Shown: piece by piece, positions 1-6,721 of the stretch
Layout: each line of letters starts with the position of its first letter
How positions within the stretch are numbered: the stretch's first letter is position 1
Assembly (NCBI GenBank): GCA_963744995.1
Contig: CAVUWA010000008.1
Span: forward strand, 1-14,669
Source: Candidatus Eiseniibacteriota bacterium
GTDB lineage: Bacteria; Eisenbacteria; RBG-16-71-46
Direction of reading: 5' to 3'
DNA: 14,669 nt
Program-made: the position numbers and the translations under genes
The notes under the pieces: model-generated
What the model saw: the letters and a program-made list of their open reading frames with translations, nothing else
Databases searched by the model: none
Told to the model about the DNA's origin: nothing

Positions 1-36
1 AGCAATCCCTTGAGGGTTCGAATCCCTCCCCGGGCA
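1..36 (+). tRNA. 3' portion of a tRNA-Leu gene (variable arm end, T arm, acceptor 3' strand); attL. The 5' part lies upstream of the window
   Basis: T arm GAGGG-TTCGAAT-CCCTC (12-28), acceptor strand CCCGGGC plus discriminator A (29-36), no encoded CCA. It matches 14312-14347 at 32/36 positions, and that copy shows the CAA anticodon loop. Confidence 0.92.
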
Positions 37-58
37 TCTGACTGCGACAACACGACTT

Positions 59-95
59 AGGGCCGCTCCCGAAGCACTGGAAGCGGCCCTTTTTC
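59..95 (+). terminator. Rho-independent terminator after the tRNA, carried by the element
   Basis: Stem AGGGCCGCT (59-67) / AGCGGCCCT (82-90) followed by a T tract. Confidence 0.8.
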
Positions 96-103
96 TCGCC
101 CGC

Positions 104-136
104 CTGGACACGTTTTTGGACACGTCGCGTGTCCAA
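104..136. repeat. Left integrase arm-type site cluster (TGGACACGT x2 plus an inverted copy)
   Basis: CTGGACACGTTTTTGGACACGTCGCGTGTCCAA, nearly identical to 14155-14186; it abuts the integrase stop codon. Confidence 0.8.
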
Positions 137-1324
137 TCAGGCCCGTTTCCCCCTCTTCCGGCGGGTTGATTCCGGCTCGTCGACGAGGGCCCGGAGGTGC
201 TCACGGGCGAGGTGGCTGTACCCCATCGTCGTCGTGATCGTGGCGTGCCCCATCGCCTCCTGAACGAGCGCCGCCGGCTTACCTTCGGCCAGCCATGTGG
301 TGACGCGCCGGTGCCGGAGGTCATGCATCCGGATGGGCGCGAGACCGGCGCCTTTCAATGCCGTCCGGAACCGATCCTGAAAGCTCCGGATCCGTTCGCC
401 CGCCCTGGCACGCCGGCTCGTCTGCGTGTGGTGGAACACCCAAGGCGTGCGCTGGCCGTGATAGAGCGCGAGCCGATACGTGGCAGCATGCTCGCGGAGT
501 TCCGCAGCGAGGCGAGCCGTGAGCGGCGCCCACCGGCTCTTTCCGGACTTCGTTCGGTGTCCGTCGCGCCCGCTCCGGATCTCGAGGAAGCCGCCGGCCA
601 GGTCGATGTCCTCCCACCGGAGTCGGAGGGCTTCCGAGTACGCGCGGGCCCCCGTGTCGGCGAGCAGGGTCACGTACAGATGGAGCATCGGGTCCGTGCA
701 CGCGTCGAGCAGCTGCGTGAACTCGTCAGGCGTGAGGAGGCGCGGCGTGCGCGGATCGGTGCGTGGCGCCTCAACCGCGGCCACGGGATCGCCGACGAGG
801 TACTCCGTCTTCACGGCGTAGCGGAAGAGGCGCTTGAGGACCCGGTAGTCGCGTGCGACGGTGTGCGCGCTGACCCTGCCCTGGACGGCGACAACGACGC
901 GGGTCTCGCCCTCGCCCTTGGTGCGCACCCGGTGAACCCGCCGCCACGCCAGAAACTCACGGATCGTGCCCGGGCGGACCCGCTCGAGGGCGGGGTCGCC
1001 TTTCAGCGTGGCGAAGAACGGCTCGAAGGCCGTGAAGCTGTTCTCGTAGGAACTACGGCCGCCCTCCGAGAGACCCGGCATCACCTGCTCGCGGAACAGT
1101 TCGACGAGCTCCCCGAACGTGATCGCGCCCGGCTGGCCGGAACTCTCCCGCGCCGCCGCGCGCTCGAGCTTCTCGGCCCATTCCGTGGCGTACCGCTCGG
1201 CCGCGGCTCGGCTCTCCGCAATGATCGACTTCGTGTGCCGCTTGCCGGCAACGGAAAGGCGGATGCGGAAACGGCCGCCCCGCGGTTCGACCTGACCGGG
1301 GTACATCTTGCGGCGTGCCATCAT
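137..1324 (-). CDS. int: Tyrosine recombinase / phage integrase
   Basis: Catalytic motifs TGAR, HDLRH, MGH and TTMGY; basic N-terminal arm-binding-like segment; adjacent to the tRNA att site. Confidence 0.97.
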   Translation of the reverse strand: MMARRKMYPGQVEPRGGRFRIRLSVAGKRHTKSIIAESRAAAERYATEWAEKLERAAARESSGQPGAITFGELVELFREQVMPGLSEGGRSSYENSFTAFEPFFATLKGDPALERVRPGTIREFLAWRRVHRVRTKGEGETRVVVAVQGRVSAHTVARDYRVLKRLFRYAVKTEYLVGDPVAAVEAPRTDPRTPRLLTPDEFTQLLDACTDPMLHLYVTLLADTGARAYSEALRLRWEDIDLAGGFLEIRSGRDGHRTKSGKSRWAPLTARLAAELREHAATYRLALYHGQRTPWVFHHTQTSRRARAGERIRSFQDRFRTALKGAGLAPIRMHDLRHRRVTTWLAEGKPAALVQEAMGHATITTTMGYSHLAREHLRALVDEPESTRRKRGKRA

Positions 1325-2199
1325 CGGCCCCCTTTCTTCGTCGCGCGAGAGTTTCGGCTCTTCGCGGTTTTCCGGTCCAACTTCTCCTGGACACGCTTCG
1401 TACTCGCCTTGCTGCCTGTGCCGCGCTGCACGCTGCTCAGTCCCGGCCGCTCACCGATCGTGTAGGAAGCGCCGGGCCGGGCCGCGATCTCGTGCGGCTC
1501 GACGAACAGCAGGCCGAGCGCCTGGCAGGCGAGCTGGATGTAGTTGCTGCGCTGCCAGGGCGAGAGCGAGGCGAGATCGACTTCCGCGGCCCGAGCGCCC
1601 GCCCCGACCATGGCCGCCGTCTCGCGTGCCATCTCGAGGTCCATCTCCCGGAACGCCTGAGCGCCCCGCTTGTGATCCTTCGCCCACGCACTCGGCGCCT
1701 TCTCAATTCGATGGAGGTCGGCAAGAGCGCGCCGACTGTGGAGATCCGCGAGTGCATACCACGCGGTGAGGTCCGCGCCCTCACCCAGGGCGGGGAGGCC
1801 TTCGGTGAACGCGCGCTCGAGTTCCTCCGAGCTGACATTCGCGGAGTCCGCCGGCTGCTCGCGCTGGATGTTGATGTTGTCGGCCGCGCCCTGCGTCGCG
1901 ATCGACGCAGCATCCGCCTCGGCGGCCGTGCGTGCTCCCCTCCCGGCCACAAGCCATTCGAGCCGAACGCCGAACACCTCGGCGACACGATCGAGATAGG
2001 AAGCCGGCGCGTCGCGGTCATAGTGGTACGTTCTCGCCGCCTCATAGCTGGCGCGCCTTCCGCACCCGGCGGACCAACCCGCTGTGAGCCTGCGGTGGAA
2101 CTCCGCCAGCGAAATCCCGCCCGCCTGATTGGTACGAACGTACTCCAACCGCCTCGCCATGGGCGTCTTCGGCGGTGGGCTCGGGGCTGCTTTCTGCAC
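1321..2199 (-). CDS. XRE-type HTH repressor with a long unrecognised C-terminal region
   Basis: N-terminal ISLAEFHRRL...SYLDRVAEVFGVRLEWLVAGRG is typical of XRE HTH domains. GAGGT RBS precedes the GTG start; 4-nt overlap with int; divergent from the rightward operon. Confidence 0.8.
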   Translation of the reverse strand: MQKAAPSPPPKTPMARRLEYVRTNQAGGISLAEFHRRLTAGWSAGCGRRASYEAARTYHYDRDAPASYLDRVAEVFGVRLEWLVAGRGARTAAEADAASIATQGAADNINIQREQPADSANVSSEELERAFTEGLPALGEGADLTAWYALADLHSRRALADLHRIEKAPSAWAKDHKRGAQAFREMDLEMARETAAMVGAGARAAEVDLASLSPWQRSNYIQLACQALGLLFVEPHEIAARPGASYTIGERPGLSSVQRGTGSKASTKRVQEKLDRKTAKSRNSRATKKGGR

Positions 2200-2225
2200 G
2201 ATTGTACCTCACATGCACGATTGGC

Positions 2226-2259
2226 TGGACTCAGGGGCCATACCGTACTATCCTACGGT
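2226..2259 (+). promoter_or_regulatory. Putative rightward sigma70-type promoter with an overlapping operator palindrome
   Basis: TGGACT (2226-2231), 17-nt spacer, TATCCT (2249-2254). The inverted repeat ACCGTA-N6-TACGGT (2242-2259) straddles the -10 box in the divergent intergenic region. Confidence 0.5.
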
Positions 2260-2296
2260 GCCCCACGGAATGTACGGACACGATGGAGGTCGCGCA

Positions 2297-2479
2297 ATGG
2301 CAAAAACGCACACGGAGCGGATCGAGATCCGGGCCACGGGCCGGCAGGTCGCCGCATACGCGCGGGCTGCGGCCCGCGAGGGCCTGTCCGTGTCGGCCTG
2401 GCTGCGGTGGGTGGCAGATCAGCGCGCCGCCGAGATCCTGCGGCTGCGGCTGGGGCACCCGGCCGGTCCGACCCCGTGA
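2297..2479 (+). CDS. Small ribbon-helix-helix-type DNA-binding protein (60 aa)
   Basis: GGAGGT RBS at 2285-2290; ERIEIR strand followed by AAAREGLSVSAWLR, an RHH pattern. Confidence 0.75.
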   Translation: MAKTHTERIEIRATGRQVAAYARAAAREGLSVSAWLRWVADQRAAEILRLRLGHPAGPTP

Positions 2480-2916
2480 CTACTCTCCGCGATCGCCTCG
2501 CGGCGATCGTCGCGGAGCTGCCGGCCGGCGCCTCCGTGACACTGCCCGCCGATGCGGTGCGGGAGTGGCTCGACGAGGAGTCGCCCGACTGCGGGCCGGC
2601 GCTCGTACGGCCCCCAGAGGCCGCCGCCGCGTCCTGGCGGGAGAGGGTGTGGTCGTGCCCCGCCGAGACCCGCCTGACGGCTGCGGAGGCGGCTGAGGCG
2701 CTCGGCCGGCCGGTGAGCTGGATCTATCGTCGCAGCATGACCGCGACACCCCGCGAGATCGAGCGGGCGCACCGGCGCGGTGGACGCCTGCCCGATCGGA
2801 TCCCCTGCCGGCGCGCTGGCGGCCAGCTCGTCATCCTCGCCGGCGAGCTGCGCGAGTGGATCCGGGAACACGAGGAGATCGTCGTGCCGGGCCGCGCCGG
2901 ACCGAGAGCCGCATGA
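2476..2916 (+). CDS. Excisionase/AlpA-like HTH protein (146 aa)
   Basis: GTGA overlap with the previous gene; RLTAAEAAEALGRPVSWIYRR...IPCRRAGGQLVILAGELREWI fits the Xis/MerR-like winged HTH pattern. Confidence 0.78.
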   Translation: MTTLRDRLAAIVAELPAGASVTLPADAVREWLDEESPDCGPALVRPPEAAAASWRERVWSCPAETRLTAAEAAEALGRPVSWIYRRSMTATPREIERAHRRGGRLPDRIPCRRAGGQLVILAGELREWIREHEEIVVPGRAGPRAA

Positions 2917-3188
2917 GCACGCGTCGCGAGTCCCCGGATGTCGGCGACCTGGCGCGCTGCGCGGTCTGCGGGACCGCCGAGTGGACCGCCGAGTGGGCCG
3001 GCCATGACCGGATCCGCATCTGCCGCGACTGCGCGGCACACGTGCTGCCCGCGCTGATCGCGGACGCGACGGCGGATCCCGTTCCGTCACCCGGCGCGGC
3101 CGAGCGGGTCGCGGAAGAGGTGCTCGGCGCGTACTGGCACGGCGTGGCGCACGCGGCGCTCCGGGCCGCGCGGCGGAGGCCCGCGTGA
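2913..3188 (+). CDS. Small C4 zinc-finger protein (91 aa)
   Basis: ATGA overlap; CAVC...CRDC motif. Confidence 0.65.
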   Translation: MSTRRESPDVGDLARCAVCGTAEWTAEWAGHDRIRICRDCAAHVLPALIADATADPVPSPGAAERVAEEVLGAYWHGVAHAALRAARRRPA

Positions 3189-4060
3189 CCGCGGTTTATG
3201 GTGCCCGCGCGATAAAGCGGAGCCGGCGCACCAAAGCGCAGGTCGACCAGCTCGACCAGCAGATTGCCGACGTGCTCCGATTCGACAACCCGCAGAGCGT
3301 CAGGCACGTGTTCTACAGGATGACGGATCCCCGGTTGACGGAGCCGGTCGAGAAGTCGGAACGCGGGTACCGCCACGTACAGCATCGGTGCTTGATGCTT
3401 CGTCGGTCCGGCGCGATTCCCTATGGATGGATCTCGGATTCGAGCCGGATGGCCTACCATACCGGCACGTATCGCGGCGCCTCGGACTTCCTGACGCGGG
3501 TGGCCGGGCTCTACCGAGCCGACCTCTGGGGGCATACCGACGTGCCGGCGTTCTGCGAGGTGTGGGTTGAAAGCCGTTCCCTGGCCGGCACGCTCCGTGA
3601 CTTGTGCGAAGAGCTGGCGGTCAGTCTTTACCCCGCGGGCGGTTTCACGTCCGCATCCTTCGCCTATGAGGCTGCCGACGCATTGAACCGGCAGGGCGCA
3701 ACCGTGGTGTTCTATGTCGGTGACCACGACCCCGCCGGCGTCCTGATTGACGTCTCGATCGAGCGGGAACTGCGCCGGCATCTGAAGCCGACCACCTCCC
3801 TCGACTTCCGCCGAATCGCGATCACGCCCGAGCAGATCACGATGTACGACTTGCCGACGAAGCCGCGGAAGGCGGGCGAGCGGCGGGCCCAGCACATCCG
3901 GACCACCGTCGAAGCGGAGGCGATGCCGGCCAGCCTCATGCGGGAGCTGCTGCGCGAGAACATCGAGTCCATGCTGCCGGCGGGGTTGCTCGACACGGTC
4001 AGGGTGGCAGAGGAGAGCGAGCGCGGCGAGCTGCTCAAGATTGCGAAGATGATCGCGTGA
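3185..4060 (+). CDS. Topoisomerase VI-A/Spo11-like protein (winged helix plus TOPRIM; Mini-A-like)
   Basis: SVRHVFYR resembles the catalytic-tyrosine motif; EVWVES carries the TOPRIM glutamate; GDHDPAG is the DxD motif; RIAITPEQI and VEAEAM follow as in this family. Confidence 0.78.
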   Translation: MTAVYGARAIKRSRRTKAQVDQLDQQIADVLRFDNPQSVRHVFYRMTDPRLTEPVEKSERGYRHVQHRCLMLRRSGAIPYGWISDSSRMAYHTGTYRGASDFLTRVAGLYRADLWGHTDVPAFCEVWVESRSLAGTLRDLCEELAVSLYPAGGFTSASFAYEAADALNRQGATVVFYVGDHDPAGVLIDVSIERELRRHLKPTTSLDFRRIAITPEQITMYDLPTKPRKAGERRAQHIRTTVEAEAMPASLMRELLRENIESMLPAGLLDTVRVAEESERGELLKIAKMIA

Positions 4061-5775
4061 GCCTCTCGGCCGAGATCCGGACCGCCGTTCTCGCGTGCGA
4101 GGACATGAAGGCCCGCACCCGCGGCGACGTGCTCGACTTCCGCTGCCCGCGGCACGAGGACTCGACCCCCTCGGCGTGGATGCGCGGCGGAACCTGGGGC
4201 TGCCACGCGTGCAAGTTCACCGAGTCCATCGCCACGCTCGCGCCGCTGGTTGGCGTGGAGTTGCGCGGCGCCGGCCCGGACGACGCAGCAGGAGGCGCCG
4301 GGCACGGGGACGTCGCGGGGACGTTCGACTACGTCGATGCCGATGGCCGCCTGCTGTTCCAGGTCGTGAGGCGGGAGCCGGCAGGGGAACCGAAGCGGTT
4401 CGTGCAACGCCGACCCGACGGCCGCGGGGGATGGGAGTGGCGGAGCATCCCGGAATCGGAGCGACCGCTCTACCGGTTGCCGGAGGTCCTTGCCGCCATC
4501 GAGCGCGGGCAGACCGTCTACATCGTCGAAGGCGAGAAGCACGCCGACCGGCTCGCCCGGGACGGCCTCGTGGCCACCACGAATCCCGGCGGCGCGGAGA
4601 AGTTCCTGCCGCACCACGCGGAGACGCTGGCGGGCGCGAACGTCGTCATCCTACCCGACAACGACGAACCGGGCCGGAAGCACGGCCACCAGGTGGCGGC
4701 GCTGCTCGCGGGCAAGGCGGCCGACATCAAGCTGGTCGAGCTCGACGGGCTACCTCCGAAGGGCGATGTACTCGACTGGCTCGCGGCGGGGCATACCGCC
4801 CAGGAACTCGATGAGACCGCCTTCGACACCGCGCCGTACGTGCCGGCCCCCGGCGATGGCCCGCCCCAGGTCTTTGCCACACTCGCCGAGCTGCTCGAGA
4901 ACCCGAAGATGCTCGACCCGCCGGAGCGGATCGTTCCGCGGCTGGGCTACCGGGCCCGGGCTCTCTGCCTCGCGGGCCCTGACAAGTCCGGGAAGAGCAG
5001 CCTGCTCGCCTACGCCGTGGCGCGACTCAGCCGGCGTGCGTGGTTTCTCGGGGAGCGTGTCGGTGGCCACTCCGGCCGCGCGGTTTGGTTGGGGATCGAG
5101 GAAGCGGTCGGCGACGCCGTCCGGCGGTTCAAGGCGTTCAACGCGGATCCAGAGCGGGTCCAGCTCGTGATCCTGGCGCCGACCGACCTCCTGGCGCAGA
5201 CGGAGGCCCTGCTCACGGACTGGCCCGCCGACCTCGTCGTGATCGACAGCCTGGCCGAGTATGCCCGCGTCACGCTCGGGCGTGCGCCGGATTCCGGGGA
5301 CGATGCCGGATGGGGCGCGGTCGTGCGCCCGCTCGTCGCGCTCGCCCGCAAATACGACTGTGCCGTGGTGATCTTGCACCACGTCCGGAAGAGCGATGGC
5401 GTGTACCGGGGCTCGAGCGAGATCGCGGCCGCCGTCGACGCGATGCTCGAGCTCGCGCTGCCGCCGAAGGACGCCGGTGACCAGACGCTCCGGTACGTGA
5501 AAGGCCGCGGCCGCTGGACCGTTGAGCCGTTCACATTCCGCATGACCGACGACGGCGACTTCGATCTCGCGGGCGGCTCCGAGCTCACCGTCGAGACGCG
5601 GGTGCTTCTGCACGTCGAGCAGAACCCCGGCACGTCCAAGACCGCGATCCGGAAGGCCGTCACGGGCCGCTCTCGGGCCGTCGATGAGGCGATCGAGAAG
5701 CTCCTCCGGCAAGGCGCGATCGAGCACGACGTCGCGGGCTACCGGATGGCCCAGAACCTCGAGCTGATCGCATGA
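4057..5775 (+). CDS. Primase-helicase: zinc finger, DnaG-type TOPRIM, RecA-like (AAA_25/RepA-type) ATPase, C-terminal winged helix
   Basis: CPRHEDSTPS...CHAC; IVEGEK; PDNDEPG; Walker A GPDKSGKS; Walker B VVIDS; ILHHVRK; YRGSS. Confidence 0.92.
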   Translation: MSLSAEIRTAVLACEDMKARTRGDVLDFRCPRHEDSTPSAWMRGGTWGCHACKFTESIATLAPLVGVELRGAGPDDAAGGAGHGDVAGTFDYVDADGRLLFQVVRREPAGEPKRFVQRRPDGRGGWEWRSIPESERPLYRLPEVLAAIERGQTVYIVEGEKHADRLARDGLVATTNPGGAEKFLPHHAETLAGANVVILPDNDEPGRKHGHQVAALLAGKAADIKLVELDGLPPKGDVLDWLAAGHTAQELDETAFDTAPYVPAPGDGPPQVFATLAELLENPKMLDPPERIVPRLGYRARALCLAGPDKSGKSSLLAYAVARLSRRAWFLGERVGGHSGRAVWLGIEEAVGDAVRRFKAFNADPERVQLVILAPTDLLAQTEALLTDWPADLVVIDSLAEYARVTLGRAPDSGDDAGWGAVVRPLVALARKYDCAVVILHHVRKSDGVYRGSSEIAAAVDAMLELALPPKDAGDQTLRYVKGRGRWTVEPFTFRMTDDGDFDLAGGSELTVETRVLLHVEQNPGTSKTAIRKAVTGRSRAVDEAIEKLLRQGAIEHDVAGYRMAQNLELIA

Positions 5776-5781
5776 GGCCCC

Positions 5782-5958
5782 CCCTGACCCAACCCCTGAC
5801 CCGGCCCGTTTTCGGACCCCCGGAAAACCCTGACCCGGACAGGGCTGACCACTCATGTCCCACAACGACTTACGGCGTTGAAAGCCCCCACCCTGACCCA
5901 AGGGCCGACCCGAAGGGTCGCCCCGGGGCAGTACGGGGTGCCCTGGAAAACGGGACAT
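5782..5958. repeat. Iteron array, candidate replication origin
   Basis: CCCTGACCC occurs exactly at 5782, 5794, 5828 and 5891, with degenerate copies at 5843 and 5903 and an inverted one at 5915; immediately downstream of the primase-helicase. Confidence 0.7.
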
Positions 5959-5965
5959 CTCGACC

Positions 5966-6187
5966 ATGACGGCACCCCCGTCCTGCCCGGTCTGCTCGGC
6001 CGTCGAAATGCGGCCCGCAACGCTGCACTTCGCCTGCCCGGTGTGTGGCGAGCGGATGCGGGAAGTCGTCGACCCGGACCTCGAGGCGGGGGCTGTACTC
6101 CACTGTCCGCGGCACTGTGCGACCGTGGTCCCGAACGAGGCGATGCTCGAGGATGCGCGGGCCAGGGCGGGGGGAAGTGCGGCGTGA
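5966..6187 (+). CDS. Small Cys-rich zinc-ribbon protein (73 aa)
   Basis: CPVC, CPVC and CPRHC motifs; 4-nt overlaps with flanking ORFs. Confidence 0.6.
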   Translation: MTAPPSCPVCSAVEMRPATLHFACPVCGERMREVVDPDLEAGAVLHCPRHCATVVPNEAMLEDARARAGGSAA

Positions 6188-6456
6188 ACAGAGCTCTTCA
6201 ACGCCAGCGATCCGCGCACCGGCTGGTCCGGCTTTCTCAGGCTGAGTTGAAACGGGCCGCGGCGTGGGCTGCTGACGCCGCCGGTCATCCGCCGCCGGCG
6301 CCGGCGCCGTGCAGCTGCCGACTCCGCCCGGTCGCGACACGCACGTATCTCGGGGTCCGGTTCTGTGTCTGCTGCCGCCGGCCGCTTGACCCGGGGCACC
6401 GGGTGGAATCGATGAGCGAGCGTAAGTCGTTGGGGGGCATGGGGATAGAATCTTGA
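6184..6456 (+). CDS. Hypothetical Cys-containing protein (90 aa) just before the cos-like site
   Basis: GTGA overlap with the previous gene; CSC...CVCC; this is the 3' part of track ORF 5878..6456. Confidence 0.5.
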   Translation: MNRALQRQRSAHRLVRLSQAELKRAAAWAADAAGHPPPAPAPCSCRLRPVATRTYLGVRFCVCCRRPLDPGHRVESMSERKSLGGMGIES

Positions 6457-6535
6457 CGAACGAGGACGCCGGGACCGGCCTTGGCACGTTTCTTCACACG
6501 GGGATGCGCAAAAACATTGAAACTTCGGGTTTTCG
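6432..6535 (+). other. cos-like packaging region upstream of terS
   Basis: Locally AT-rich: GGGGATAGAATC...GGGACCGG...CACGTTTCTTCACACGGGG...GCGCAAAAACATTGAAA. It resembles the pre-terS termini of HK97-like cos phages as I recall them, and the position is the expected one. Confidence 0.55.
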
Positions 6536-6538
6536 ACC

Positions 6539-6721
6539 ATGGATGAGCACCAAGACGACGGGATCGACGAACTCGAGGACCGGATCGGCCGCCTTGAGGG
6601 CCTGGTCGGCGAGCTGGAAAACCGACTCGATGAGCTGGAGTGGGCCGCGCGCCCGCCGGTCCCCCGTCCCCGGCGACGGCTCGACCCTTCACCGCAGGGG
6701 GAACCCGATGCCGCCGGCTGA
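6539..6721 (+). CDS. Small acidic coiled-coil protein (60 aa)
   Basis: Heptad pattern IDELEDRIGRLEGLVGELENRLDELE; overlaps the terS start. Confidence 0.55.
   Translation: MDEHQDDGIDELEDRIGRLEGLVGELENRLDELEWAARPPVPRPRRRLDPSPQGEPDAAG

Noticed and set aside
197..1465. 422-aa ORF opposite the integrase, and similar long antisense ORFs (4750..6540, 6285..8021, 8022..9164, 9228..10160)
   Set aside because: Shadow frames of high-GC genes, with no motifs.
1315..2475. 5' part of the 533-aa plus-strand ORF 1315..2916
   Set aside because: It is antisense to the repressor and overlaps the RHH gene; only 2476-2916 has a coupled start and a recognisable domain.
3185..4060. Wadjet (JetD) defence system
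   Set aside because: The TOPRIM fold is shared, but there are no jetABC/SMC genes in the window.
5782..5923. CRISPR array
   Set aside because: Repeats are 9 bp with irregular spacing and there are no cas genes; iterons fit better.
6453..6707. TTG-initiated N-terminal extension of terS (411-aa ORF)
   Set aside because: It crosses the cos-like region, overlaps the 6539 ORF and is S/T-rich; ATG 6708 has an RBS and matches the family N-terminus.
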